A DNA stretch of 63,854 nt, the filler included, from Octopus bimaculoides (taxonomy: Eukaryota): the NCBI RefSeq assembly GCF_001194135.2. It is 5 parts of 5 records of this genome, joined end to end, with 100 filler letters (N's around TTAATTAATTAA, not from the genome) between each part and the next. Parts side by side here need not be neighbours in the genome. Positions count along the whole stretch, not along the records: positions 8,169 to 37,403 come from NC_069010.1; 4 more parts are not named here. One strand, written 5' to 3'. Numbering within the stretch: the first letter of the stretch is position 1; each line of letters begins with the position of its first letter. The notes under the pieces were generated by a model, which was not told the DNA's origin, made no database searches, and saw nothing but the letters and a program-made list of their open reading frames with translations. Below are positions 23,484 through 35,668 of the stretch, in pieces. A program made the position numbers and the translations under genes.

Positions 23484-23795
23484 NCAGACCGGGCGTTGTG
23501 AGTGTTTATTGAGCGAAAACACCTAAAGCTCCACGAGGCTCCGGCAGGCGATGGTGGCGAACCCTGCTGTACTCTTCCACCCCACAACTTTCTCTCACTC
23601 TTTCTTCCTGTTTCTGTTGTGCCTGTAATTCAAAGGGTCAGCCTTGTCACGCTGAATCTCCCCGAGAACTATGTTAAGAGTACACGTGTCTGTGGAGTGC
23701 TCAGCCACTTGCACGTTAATTTCACGAGCAGGCTGTTCTGTTGATCGGATCAACTGGAACCCTCGACATCGTAAGCGACGGAGTGCCAACAACAA
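23484..23795 (+). mobile_element. SINE sharing the family D body, with a (CAA)n tail
   Basis: CCTGTAATTCAAAGGGTCAGCC...GTCTGTGGAGTGCTCAGCCACTTGCACGTTAA...GTAAGCGACGGAGTGCCAACAACAAC; reverse copy at 37165-37403. Confidence 0.8.
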
Positions 23796-24399
23796 CATAG
23801 TGTATATAATCATTTCCGTTGTAAGCACAAAGCCTGAGATTTGGTGGGAGGAAGCTAGTTGATTACAAGGACCCCTGAGCTCAGCTAGTGCCTATTTTAT
23901 TGACCCCCGAAATGATGAGAGGTAAAGGTGACTTTGACAGAATTCGAACTCAGCATAAACATCAACAAAACACCACTCAGTAATAACAGACCGTCGTAAG
24001 CATCACAGTCAAAGTTTCGCAACTTTCAGAATGCAATATCTCGGCAAGAAATGAAGTTAAGAAGCTGGTTTTGGTCTTAAAATGACCTCCTCTAATCATT
24101 AGAATTATTTATTTATGAATGCATCTGAAAGATGAAACAATGACTGCATCTTTTTTCATTTTTGTAGAATATACCAATACTACGAAATGGCATAACATAT
24201 TGCATATTTTAGCCATTATACCTAGAAAAAACATAGAGACACCATGAAAGGTATTGTTTGTGTTTTAATATACCAAGGCAAGTATCTTTAAGAGGTAAGC
24301 AAGAGAAGATAGTAAGACAATAGGCCATTATCGTTATTAGAAAATGAGCCATAACACCTTGAAAAACAATACAGGGACCACACCCAAGTTATTGATTGA

Positions 24400-24560
24400 G
24401 GGGGTGTGCCTATGATGGTGTGTCACTAAACTCTCTGGTCCAAGTTTGGGTGAACAAGCGCCATGTCAATAGCTTCGCGGTACAATTCTTTCAGCCAGAT
24501 TTTCAACCTTATTGTAAGCCTCACCGGTTCTTCCAACTTTTTCGGATTCAAGACATCGAG
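24400..24560 (-). mobile_element. Possible decayed PLE GIY-YIG C-terminal fragment
   Basis: LKIWLKELYREAIDMALVHPNLDQRV* weakly resembles the R..REAIEI...P.LN.D end of PLE endonucleases. Confidence 0.3.
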
Positions 24561-24684
24561 ACAAAGAAAATGATATGCTAACCTTGAAAATGGCTGGGGT
24601 GGCGCTTACAACACTCTGTTATTAAACGCCTCATTTAATACTGTACATCTTTCTAAATACATACAACTAATGTAGTATATAGCA

Positions 24685-24975
24685 TCATCATTCAATATCC
24701 ATTTTCCATGCTGGCAAGCGCTGGACAGTTTGACAGAAGCTGACCAGACTCCATCTGTCTATTGTGACATGGTTTCTATGGCTGGGTGCCCTTCCTAATG
24801 CCAACCACCCCAAGAGTGTCATGGGTGCTTTCTATGTGCCACTGGCATGAGTGCATTTACGCAGCAATGGCACGAGTGCATTTTAAGTGGCACTGGACAA
24901 GTCTGTGTGGATGGATGACAGTGATTTTCCTTAACTTGACATGGCTTCTCAAGCACAGCAAATCACCAAGAACAC
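24685..24975 (-). mobile_element. Older RTE LINE 3' end including the ORF terminus
   Basis: Family B core plus FAVLEKPCQVK on the minus strand. Confidence 0.7.
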
Positions 24976-25383
24976 TCGGGCCCTTCTCGTTTCCTCAGCA
25001 AGGCCCAGCTTCTGAATTACACAGTGTACATAGAGCATACACACATCTAATATACACCACTGCACATGTGAATATAGGCAAATAGTTTGGTATATCATGT
25101 GATCAACCAGTCTATCAGATGTTGTTATACATCACTAGCTACAATGCACTTTGCAATCATTTTAGCTTTTGACTGATGCTACCCCATCAGTTGTCAAGCA
25201 ATGTTGGGGTGGGGATGGACACACAGACAGATGTCTCCCAAGCCTTTCCATTTTTTAAAGGAGACTCATTCACTGTTCACTTCCTGTGCCATATTCTATG
25301 TTCTGTTCAAGCTCTTTCGACTACTTTTTCTGATAAATTGTAGTGCAACTGAACACTTATATACAATAAGTTCATAATAACAT

Positions 25384-25417
<34 letters not shown>

Positions 25418-25489
25418 TTGCATGTGGCAGATGAGCAGGAACAATAAACCCTAGGAACGTACAAAGAATAGACTTCGTCAAATGCCCAG

Positions 25490-26170
25490 TGGGGATATTT
25501 AAAAGTAGTAGATAGCTTCCGTAACCAAGGTGACCAAATCAGCAGAGAAGGTGGAGGCTCTGAAAGCATAGATGCTGGAATAAGAACAGACTGGGCAAAG
25601 TTCAAAGAGCTTCTGCCTTTGTTGGTAACAAAGGGCCTCTTCCTCAGAGCAAAAGGCAGATTGTATGATGTCTGCGAACAGCTATGCTACACAGCAGTGA
25701 AACAAGGGCTGTGACTGCTAAGGACATGCGTAGGCTTGCAAGAAATTAAGCTAGAATGCTTCGTTGGATGGTTTAAGAAGAAAACTGGGTATATGGGGTA
25801 CCAGATGTGGTGTGCAAGAGAGACGACTGTGCTGGTATGGCCATGTGATGCATATGGACGAGGACAGCTGAGCAAAGAAGTGCTGATCTCTAACTGTGGA
25901 GGGAACCTGTCGAAGAGGTAGACCCAAGAAGACCTGGGACGAGGTGTTTGAACATGATCTTTGAATGTTGGGACTCACGGAGGAGACGACAAGTGATCAA
26001 AACCTTTGGCAATATGCAGTGCTTGAGGAAACTCATTAAGGCAAGTGAAATCGTAGTCGTGGACAGTGCCGGTGACACATAAAAGGCACCCGTGCCAGCG
26101 ACACATAAGAATTGGGTGTAAGAAGCATCAGATGTGGTGTGCAAGAGAGAAGACTGCATTGGTTTGGTCA
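25490..26170 (+). mobile_element. RTE-clade LINE ORF C-terminus (decayed) plus start of the 3' UTR and a second short ORF fragment
   Basis: VVDSFR...RIRTDWAKFKELLPLLVTKGLFLRAKGRLYD...TAMLHSSET...RRLCWYGHVMHMDED...RRGRPKKTWDEV, with stops and frameshifts. Confidence 0.88.
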
Positions 26171-26457
26171 TGTGACACGTATGGACAAAAAGAAAAAGTT
26201 GATCCTAATGGGATTTGAACCCAGAATGTAGAGGGCTGGAATGATTACTGCAAAAGCAACCTACCCAACATGCTACTAGCTACTAACTGCACAGTGGGAT
26301 TGAACACTGGACCATTTGATGGCAAACTGAATTTCTTAACCGTAGAGTCACACCTATAGTAATAAAAGACAAAGCTAGGCAGAGCAGTAACAAAGACAAG
26401 TAACCCCCACCCCTTGAAAATCCCCACTTTTTTTTTTTGTTAATTTGAAGGAAAAGT

Positions 26458-26800
26458 GCAGCCATGGCTGTGTGGTAAGAAAGTTACTTCCAAACCATGT
26501 CATCTTGGGTTCAGTTTCAGTGCATAGCACATTGGGAAAGTGTCTTCTATTATAGCCCCAGGGCTGACCAAAGCCTTGTGAGGGAGTTTGGTAGATGGAA
26601 ATTGAAAAACACCCAACATGTGTGTCTGTGTATGAGAATGTGTGTGTGTGTGTTGGTGTTGATTTTTGTGTATGTATTTGTGTGCGCCTGTGTTTGTCAC
26701 TCACCACCACTTGACAACCGGTGTTGGTTTATTGACATGCCTTTAACTTAGTGATTCAGCAAAAAGTGATCAATAGAATTAGTTATCAGGCTAAAAGATA
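26458..26800 (+). mobile_element. SINE family A, older copy
   Basis: Head, core and tail recognisable. Confidence 0.75.
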
Positions 26801-26894
26801 AGCCCCGGGGGGTCACAAGGAGGTGCCCCAATCTTATGATCATGATGCTGACACTTTAACCACTAAGCCACGCGCCTCCACAAATATCACATCT

Positions 26895-27075
26895 TCATCA
26901 TCATCATCATCATCGTCGTCGTTTGACGTCCGCTTTCCATGCTAGCATTGGTTGGACGATTTGACTGAGGACTGGTGAAAACCAGATGGCTACACCAGGC
27001 TCCAATCTGATCTGGCAGAGTTTCTACAGCTGGATGCCCTTCCTAACGCCAACCACTCCGAGAGTGTAGTGGGTA
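26895..27075 (-). mobile_element. RTE LINE 3' end (family B)
   Basis: Consensus match. Confidence 0.85.
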
Positions 27076-27144
27076 CCTTACATGCTATAAATGAATAATT
27101 GTAATTACAACAATTTTATTAAAATTTCAGACCATCCTGTATAT

Positions 27145-27575
27145 AGAAGCTGTGTGGTAAGATGTTTGCTTCCCAACTGCATGGTTCTGGGTTCATTCCC
27201 ACTGTGTGGCACCTTGGGCAAGTGTCTTCTACTATAGCTTTGGGCCGACCGAAGCCTTGTGAGTGGATTTGGTAGAGGGAAACTGAAAGAAGCAATGACA
27301 AGTGACCGAGACATTTGGCGATGTGCCATGCTTAAGAAAACCTGTCAAGCTAAGTGAAATCATAGCGATGGCCGACGCCAGTGTCACATAATTGGCACCC
27401 ATGCAGGTGGCATGTAAAAAGCACTCATTACACTCTTGGAGTGGTTGGCATTACGAAGGGCATCCAGCCATAGAAACCAAACCAAATCAGAATGGAACCT
27501 GGTGCAGCTCTCCTGCTTACTAGTTTCAGTCAAGCTGTCAAACCCATGCCAGCATGGAAAACAGATGCTAAATAA
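27145..27575 (+). mobile_element. SINE family A 5' half (27145-27293) joined to an RTE ORF end plus family B 3' UTR (27293-27575)
   Basis: ...GAAACTGAAAGAAGC|AATGACAAGTGACCGAG (EAMTSDRDIWRCAMLKKTCQAK*), then the GAAGGGCATCCAGC core. Confidence 0.75.
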
Positions 27576-27664
27576 TGGTTGAGAACCATGTTTTACATAG
27601 TTCAGCCTACACAAGGGAATGTGTGAAAAACAAAATAGGAATTTTGTGGCACGTTAGAAAATCA

Positions 27665-27848
27665 TTCGAGCGAGGTCGTTGCCAGTGCCGCTGGACTGGC
27701 TCCCGTGCAGGTGGCACATAAAAACCACCTTTTTGAGCGTGGCCGTTGCCAGTACCGCCAGACTGACCCTTGTGCCGGTGGTACGCAAAAGCACCCACTA
27801 CACTCTCTCAGTGGTTGGTGTTAGGAAGGGCATCCAGCTGTAGAAACA
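27665..27848 (+). mobile_element. RTE LINE 3' UTR fragment (family B)
   Basis: Consensus match ending at GCTGTAGAAAC. Confidence 0.8.
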
Positions 27849-27913
27849 GGTTTAAGAATTTTAAATTTCTGAAAATCCGGATAAAAAAGGGTAAACGAAA
27901 CGAATGTACTTAC

Positions 27914-27947
27914 AGTGAGAGTTTCTCGTTTGCGTCCACTCGTTACA
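27914..27947 (-). CDS. Dynamin/EHD-like GTPase, exon (5' part lost in gap 27948-28549)
   Basis: Translates (x)VTSGRKRETLT and ends ACT|gtaagt (phase 0), joining in frame to the GNATLHLYPHF exon. Confidence 0.85.
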
Positions 27948-28549
27948 NNNNNNNNNNNNNNNNNNNNNNNNNNNNNNNNNNNNNNNNNNNNNNNNNNNNN
28001 NNNNNNNNNNNNNNNNNNNNNNNNNNNNNNNNNNNNNNNNNNNNNNNNNNNNNNNNNNNNNNNNNNNNNNNNNNNNNNNNNNNNNNNNNNNNNNNNNNNN
28101 NNNNNNNNNNNNNNNNNNNNNNNNNNNNNNNNNNNNNNNNNNNNNNNNNNNNNNNNNNNNNNNNNNNNNNNNNNNNNNNNNNNNNNNNNNNNNNNNNNNN
28201 NNNNNNNNNNNNNNNNNNNNNNNNNNNNNNNNNNNNNNNNNNNNNNNNNNNNNNNNNNNNNNNNNNNNNNNNNNNNNNNNNNNNNNNNNNNNNNNNNNNN
28301 NNNNNNNNNNNNNNNNNNNNNNNNNNNNNNNNNNNNNNNNNNNNNNNNNNNNNNNNNNNNNNNNNNNNNNNNNNNNNNNNNNNNNNNNNNNNNNNNNNNN
28401 NNNNNNNNNNNNNNNNNNNNNNNNNNNNNNNNNNNNNNNNNNNNNNNNNNNNNNNNNNNNNNNNNNNNNNNNNNNNNNNNNNNNNNNNNNNNNNNNNNNN
28501 NNNNNNNNNNNNNNNNNNNNNNNNNNNNNNNNNNNNNNNNNNNNNNNNA

Positions 28550-28838
28550 CACAGAACATCTCAACAGAAATACGGTAACAAAAGGGTTAAAATATATAAT
28601 AGAGAAACAATTCTTAACCCTTTTGATACCAACCTGGTTGAAACCACCTCTGGCTCTCTGTAGTACAAATGTCTTGTTTTCATAAGTTTTGAATTAAAAT
28701 CTTCCACCAAACCTTAGTCACAATTTATGTTCCTAACACCAGCTTAATGATAACTAAGTTATTTTACTAAATTCTTTGTTAAATTTAAAATTAATTGAAA
28801 GAAACACAGAACATCTCAACAGAAATATGGTAACAAAA
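28550..28838. mobile_element. Tandem TTAA-flanked MITE, period about 255 bp
   Basis: Reverse-complement homologue of 10092-10372, including the identical 23-nt inter-copy spacer. Confidence 0.7.
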
Positions 28839-28912
28839 TGAAAGAAATACCAGCTGTAATCAAATCACGCGTCCCACAAAATTTCAGGCATTGTGCCTAT
28901 AATAGAAAGTTA

Positions 28913-29070
28913 AGGCGGCAGGCTAGCAGAAATGGTGCTACACCGGACATAGTGTTTAGTAGCCTTTCTTTGGGCTCTATGTTCTAAGTTCGAATGCCGC
29001 CGAGGTAGACTTGGTCTTTCATCCTTTCGGGGGTCGATGAAATAAGTACTAGTTGAGTACTAGGGTATGT
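28913..29070 (+). mobile_element. SINE family C
   Basis: AAGTTCGAATGCC B box and CTTTCATCCTTTCGGGGGTCGATGAAATAAGTAC core. Confidence 0.75.
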
Positions 29071-29079
29071 AACTGAAAA

Positions 29080-29630
29080 AGGGATGTTCCAGCAGAGATC
29101 ATCATGTCTTTTATTCAGGCATAGTGTATCTAGGACTACATAATCTAATGTGTCCTTTGTTCTTTAGCGCCAGATCAGTTCTCATCCAACAGAACTTGAT
29201 TAAAAATGTTCCAGCTGTGACCATCCTGTCTTTTATTCAGGCATAGTGTATCTAGGACTACATTATCTAATGTGTCCTTCCTTGTTGTTGTTGTTTAACC
29301 ACAGGTCACTCCTGATCCAATAGACCAATGATCAAAGATGTCCAGTTGTGACCGTCCTTTTTTTTGAGACACAGTCCATCATGGACTACATTATCAAATG
29401 TGTCCTTCTTCGTTGTTGTTTAGCCCCAGGTCAGTCCTGATCCAGCAGACCTATGATCGAAGATGTTCTAGCCGTGACCATCCTGTCTTTTATTCAGGCA
29501 TAGTGCATCTAGGACTACATCCTCTAATGTGCCTTTCCTTAAAGCTGTTGTTTAGCCACATTCCAACAGTGACCATCCTGCCTTATTTAGAAACAGCGAA
29601 TCTAGGTCTACATTACCTAATGTGACATTC
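29080..29630. repeat. Degenerate tandem repeat of about 125 bp, roughly 5 copies
   Basis: GTGACCATCCTGTCTTTTATTCAGGCATAGTGTATCTAGGACTACATTATCTAATGTGTCC recurs near 29109, 29231, 29357, 29488 and 29583; a lone copy lies at about 35940-36005. Confidence 0.8.
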
Positions 29631-30081
29631 CCGTCTTCCTTTTTTTTTTGCTAAGACTACTGTAGGCTGTGATTTGAAGGAGGGAGATTTGGCTGCTATT
29701 TCAACCAGATTTAGTAACAGAGCTGTGTGGAGGCTTTCTTGCATGGGCTTGGGTCAGCTCAGTTCTATGCAGGCTCGGCCATAGCTGCTCGGAGAGACCA
29801 TTGACCGAAATATATACAACAAACTATAGAGGAGGACATAGGAAGGAGGAGAAGAAGAAGAGGAGGAAGGACTTATTCAGGTAGGGCTGGTATGATAGAA
29901 CTAGGATGGACAGGTATGTTCACATATTTCCAGTCTGTCTGTCTGTGTGTCTTCACCCATAGCAGCAGCAGCAGGTGTCCACATTCCAAAGTCTGTCAAC
30001 CTGTTTCTGTTTGTTTTTTTTGTGGCATTTTACCAAATACCACCATTGGTAGACATTCACTTGAGCAGACATCTGCTAATA

Positions 30082-30123
<42 letters not shown>

Positions 30124-30149
30124 AGAGGGAAAGAGAGCTAACATGTAGA

Positions 30150-30317
30150 TAGGGAGTGGCTGTGCAGGTAGGAAGCTTCCTTCCCAACCACACGGTTTCA
30201 GGTTCAGTCCCACCGCATGCAAGCACTGCATCTTGGGCAGGTGTCTCATACCATAGCCTCACACTGACCAACGCCATGTGAGTGGATTTGACAGACAGAA
30301 ACTGAAAGAAGCCCATC

Positions 30318-30320
<3 letters not shown>
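30150..30320 (+). mobile_element. SINE family A, 5' half
   Basis: Head and core match. Confidence 0.8.
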
Positions 30321-30357
<37 letters not shown>

Positions 30358-30823
30358 NNNNNNNNNNNNNNNNNNNNNNNNNNNNNNNNNNNNNNNNNNN
30401 NNNNNNNNNNNNNNNNNNNNNNNNNNNNNNNNNNNNNNNNNNNNNNNNNNNNNNNNNNNNNNNNNNNNNNNNNNNNNNNNNNNNNNNNNNNNNNNNNNNN
30501 NNNNNNNNNNNNNNNNNNNNNNNNNNNNNNNNNNNNNNNNNNNNNNNNNNNNNNNNNNNNNNNNNNNNNNNNNNNNNNNNNNNNNNNNNNNNNNNNNNNN
30601 NNNNNNNNNNNNNNNNNNNNNNNNNNNNNNNNNNNNNNNNNNNNNNNNNNNNNNNNNNNNNNNNNNNNNNNNNNNNNNNNNNNNNNNNNNNNNNNNNNNN
30701 NNNNNNNNNNNNNNNNNNNNNNNNNNNNNNNNNNNNNNNNNNNNNNNNNNNNNNNNNNNNNNNNNNNNNNNNNNNNNNNNNNNNNNNNNNNNNNNNNNNN
30801 NNNNNNATATATATATATATATA

Positions 30824-31006
30824 CAGGGTGGCCCCAAAGTAGATTTACAGTTATTCAACTATCTCTTTTGCATTTATATATATAACAGTTGAGATCTTAA
30901 TTATAAAAATATATGAAACCATTATTCTATGCTAATTAAATTAATTGTAAGATAGAAATTTAAAGTGCCTACATGATAACTGTAAACCTACTTTTGGGCC
31001 ACCCTG
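30824..31006. mobile_element. 183-bp Tc1/mariner-type MITE
   Basis: About 31-bp TIRs CAGGGTGGCCC(C/A)AAAGTAG(A/G)TTTACAGTTAT flanked by TA on both sides. Confidence 0.85.
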
Positions 31007-31029
31007 TATGTATATATGTGTGTGTGTGT

Positions 31030-31385
31030 GTGTGTGTCCCCCAAGACCGTGATGACTGGTGTTGGTGTGTTTATGTTCCTGAAATATGGTGGTTCGGTAA
31101 AAGAGAGGGAGAGAATAAGTACCAGCTTTTAAAAATGAAAAGTACAGGGGCCGATTCACTCAACTAAAAGTTCTTCACGGCAGTGCTCCAGCATGGCCAC
31201 AGTCTAATGACTGAAACCAGTAAACGATAGGCGCAGGAGTGGCTGTGTAGTAAGAAGCTTGCTTTCCCAACCGGGTTCAGTCCCACTGCGTGACACCCTG
31301 GGCAAGTGTCTTCTACTGTCGCCTCAGGCCAACCAAAGACTTGTGACTGGATTTGGTAGATGGAAACTGAAAGAAGCCTGTCGTA
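31030..31385 (+). mobile_element. SINE family A 3' half followed by a second SINE A 5' half
   Basis: Tail ends ATGACTGAAACCAGTAAACG; a new head AGGCGCAGGAGTGGCTGTG starts at about 31229. Confidence 0.75.
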
Positions 31386-31581
31386 TTCCCTGGGTCCTGT
31401 TTATATACACTTTTAGTGGATGTGGCTGGGTCTGGTTTGACTAAGTTGGTTGCCAGTTTCTTTGATTCCTTTCATATAAACCTACCCAAGGTTGGCCCTA
31501 AGTTCTGTAATACAAACTTCATGTTTTAAAATGGTCTAAATTCAAACCTTCTTCCATCAAAATTTCATGTTAATTTATGTT

Positions 31582-31876
31582 CATCATCATCATCATCATC
31601 ATTGTTTAACGTCCGCTTTCCATGCTAACATGGGTTGGACGATTTGACTGAGGACTGGTGAAACCGGATGGCAACACCAGGCTCCAATCTGATTTGGCAG
31701 AGTTTCTACAGCTGGATGCCCTTCCTAACGCCAACCACTCAGAGAGTGTAGTGGGTGCTTTTACGTGTCACCCGCACGAAGGCCAGTCAGGCGGTACTGG
31801 CAACGGCCACGATCAAGATGGTGTATTTTATGTGCCGCCCGCACAAGAGCCAGTCCAGGGGCGCTGGCAACGATCT
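31582..31876 (-). mobile_element. RTE LINE 3' end (family B)
   Basis: Consensus match; nearly the reverse complement of 11740-11948. Confidence 0.85.
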
Positions 31877-32310
31877 GACAAAATGATTTCGCTAAATTCT
31901 TCAATAGTTTCAAAATTTAATTTGAAATAAACACGTTGTATTTCATCAAAGGAGTTAGTGAAGCAAAACAGAAACACATTCAAATCGACCAGAGATAAAC
32001 CTGCGTCGACCATCACCATCACCACCATCAACAGGGAGGTGGGGGTGGATTTTTTTTATTGCATGAGAAACTCCCAATTTTATGTCATCTCAGAAGTTCT
32101 GAGAAAAGAAACAAAAAACTATAAATATGTATAAAGAGATCTGAGCTAGAGATGGCCATGGGAAAGTCTCATCTTGAAACGCAGACCTGACTTCCTCCAA
32201 AGAATTCATTTTAGATGTTCCCATCATCAACCACATGTATTTCAAATACCACCATTATCTCTCACCCTATCTATCTATCTCTGTCTATCTATCTATCTAT
32301 TTATCTAACC

Positions 32311-32349
<39 letters not shown>

Positions 32350-32414
32350 AAACCATCTATCTATTTATCTATCTAACCATCTATCTATCAATCTCTTCCT
32401 GTCTATCTGAAGTC

Positions 32415-32838
32415 GCTTGGCTCAGTGGTTAGAGCATTGGGCTCACAATCATGAGGTGGTGTGTTCGATTCCCATACTGGGCTGTCTGTTGTGTTCTTGA
32501 GCAAGACACTTTGTTTCACGTTGCTCCAGTTCACTCAGCTGTAGAAATGAGTTGCAACATCACTGGTACCAATCTGTATCAGCCCCTTTGCCTTTCCCTT
32601 GGATAAGAGTACATGATACACATGTACCCTTAACGTAGTTCTCAGGGAGGTTCGGCGTGATACAGAATGTGACACAGCTGACCCCTTTTGAATTACAGGT
32701 ACAACTCATTTTCGCCAACTGAGTGGACCGGAGCAACATAAAATAAAGTCCTTGCTCAAAGACACAACTTCCCAGTGAGAATCGAACCCACAGCCTCATG
32801 ATTGTGCGGTGAACACCCCTAACCACTAAGCCAGGCAT
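32415..32838. mobile_element. Two family D SINEs tail-to-tail (32415-32610 +, 32615-32838 -)
   Basis: Both have a TGGCT(C/T)AGTGGTTAG A box, GTTCGATTC B box and the TTGAGCAAG(A/G)(C/A) core, in opposite orientation. Confidence 0.8.
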
Positions 32839-33719
32839 TTTTACAAAAAACTAGCACTCTGTTGATTACAGCAACGAGGGTTCCAGTTGCTCTGACTAAT
32901 TCTTAGCAATTGTCTTCTGCTGTAGCCACGAGTCGACTAATGCCTTGTGGGGCAAGCCCATCACACACATATATGTGTGTGTGAGTGTATATATACTCTT
33001 TTACTCTTTTACTTGTTTCAGTCTTTTGACTGTGGCCATGCTGGAGCACCGCCTTTAGTCGAGCAAATCGACCCCAGGACNNNNNNNNNNNNNNNNNNNN
33101 NNNNNNNNNNNNNNNNNNNNNNNNNNNNNNNNNNNNNNNNNNNNNNNNNNNNNNNNNNNNNNNNNNNNNNNNNNNNNNNNNNNNNNNNNNNNNNNNNNNN
33201 NNNNNNNNNNNNNNNNNNNNNNNNNNNNNNNNNNNNNNNNNNNNNNNNNNNNNNNNNNNNNNNNNNNNNNNNNNNNNNNNNNNNNNNNNNNNNNNNNNNN
33301 NNNNNNNNNNNNNNNNNNNNNNNNNNNNNNNNNNNNNNNNNNNNNNNNNNNNNNNNNNNNNNNNNNNNNNNNNNNNNNNNNNNNNNNNNNNNNNNNNNNN
33401 NNNNNNNNNNNNNNNNNNNNNNNNNNNNNNNNNNNNNNNNNNNNNNNNNNNNNNNNNNNNNNNNNNNNNNNNNNNNNNNNNNNNNNNNNNNNNNNNNNNN
33501 NNNNNNNNNNNNNNNNNNNNNNNNNNNNNNNNNNNNNNNNNNNNNNNNNNNNNNNNNNNNNNNNNNNNNNNNNNNNNNNNNNNNNNNNNNNNNNNNNNNN
33601 NNNNNNNNNNNNNNNNNNNNNNNNNNNNNNNNNNNNNNNNNNNNNNNNNNNNNNNNNNNNNNNNNNNNNNNNNNNNNNNNNNNNNNNNNNNNNNNNNNNN
33701 NNNNNNNNNNNNNTGTGGA

Positions 33720-33762
33720 GGCAGATTATGTGAACGAGGGAGTATGAATGAGAGAGAGAGAG

Positions 33763-33808
<46 letters not shown>

Positions 33809-34918
33809 CAAGATGATGTGTGTGTGTGAGAATGAGAGTGTATGTAAGAGTGTGTGTGTATGAACGAAAGAATTTGGGTGTGAATGAGAAGGTGAATGTG
33901 TGTGTGTGAATGAAAGAATGTGTTCATGAGTGTGTGTATGTGTATGAATGAAAGAATGTGTGTGTGTGTGTATGTGTGTCACGAGTAAAGAAAGGAAAAA
34001 AAAAAACAATCAACGAACAACCGTGTGTACGTGTATGTGAGAATGAATGAATACGAACTAGTGAGTGAATGTGTGCGTGCGCGCACGTACGTACGACTCA
34101 GTGCAAATATGTGTACACAAATATCTATATGTAAACGTGTGTGTGTGTGTGTGTGTGTGTATAGTAGGGTTGACATTGAAGACTGCTAAACAATGAGGAA
34201 GACACGAAAATTAGAATGAATACATTAACACAACACATAACATTACATTACACACGCTTCTACAGAATGAATACATTAAGATGGTCGTGCCCGTCTCTCC
34301 TTCCATTATACATTTAAAAGTAGTCAGCCTTTGTACCTATCCATTTATCTATCTATCTATCTGCTTATCTATCTATCTATCTATCTTCCAAAAATAAATA
34401 CAGCCAGTCTCATTCATTCTCGTTCGATCTCTCCCCCCCAAAAATACGACAGTCACTCAGTTTTTGTCTTTCTTTCTCCAAAATAAATACATTATGGCAC
34501 CTAGTCTCTCTCTCCTTATTCCTCTTCTTTATAGAATCGATACGTTAATACCTTCTCTTTTGAGAAGCAACATAAGATTCTTTCTCTCTCAATCCTTACC
34601 CAGTAAGCGTCAAGCATCGTCTGTCTGTCGGTCTATCTATATCTATATAAATCTGTCTATCCGTCCATCAATCTATCGACAAAATGAATAATATATTAAG
34701 ACTACTTCTCTCCACAGAAGAAATATAGGACACAAACACACAAACACACAGGCTTTCTTCCTCTCCATCTTTCTACAAAATGAATATATTAAGATTGCAC
34801 TCCCTCTATCTCTCTACTCAACGAATTTGGGACACATTCTCTCTCTCAATCACTCTATCTATCTATAGTTGAATACATCAAGACTCCACCACCTTTCTCT
34901 CATATGTGTATATACATG

Positions 34919-34982
<64 letters not shown>

Positions 34983-35186
34983 GTGTGTGTGTCCATCTAA
35001 CTGTCTGTCTCTATATGTTTATCTCTCAACCCCTCTCTCTATTCAATCTATTCAATGAATTTGGGACACACACTCTCTTTCTATATCATTCTATCTACCT
35101 TCCCAAGAGAACGAATACACACACACACACACACACACATACACACACACACACACCCTCTCTCTCCAGAATGAATAAACACACGC

Positions 35187-35220
<34 letters not shown>

Positions 35221-35229
35221 ACCTATCTC

Positions 35230-35260
<31 letters not shown>

Positions 35261-35357
35261 GCTCGTCTCTCTCTCTCTCTCTCATGACTATAATAATCTT
35301 TCTCTTTCTCTCCATCTACCTACCTACCTACCTACCAAATGAATATATAAAGACTAC

Positions 35358-35390
<33 letters not shown>

Positions 35391-35627
35391 CAGAACACAT
35401 ATATTAAGACACACTCTCTCTCTCTCTCTCTTCCCCTCCACAATAACCACATTATTAAGACACACTGTCCTTTTCTATACAATGAATACATTAACACACA
35501 CACACACACACACTCGTCACCCCCACTTACACCCACCGCTCTCTCCTCTCTACAGAAGAATCTGCAGGAAGAACACTGAGCATTGTCTGTCTGTATGTCA
35601 CTGAATGTGTGTATATGTGTGTTTATG

Positions 35628-35668
<41 letters not shown>

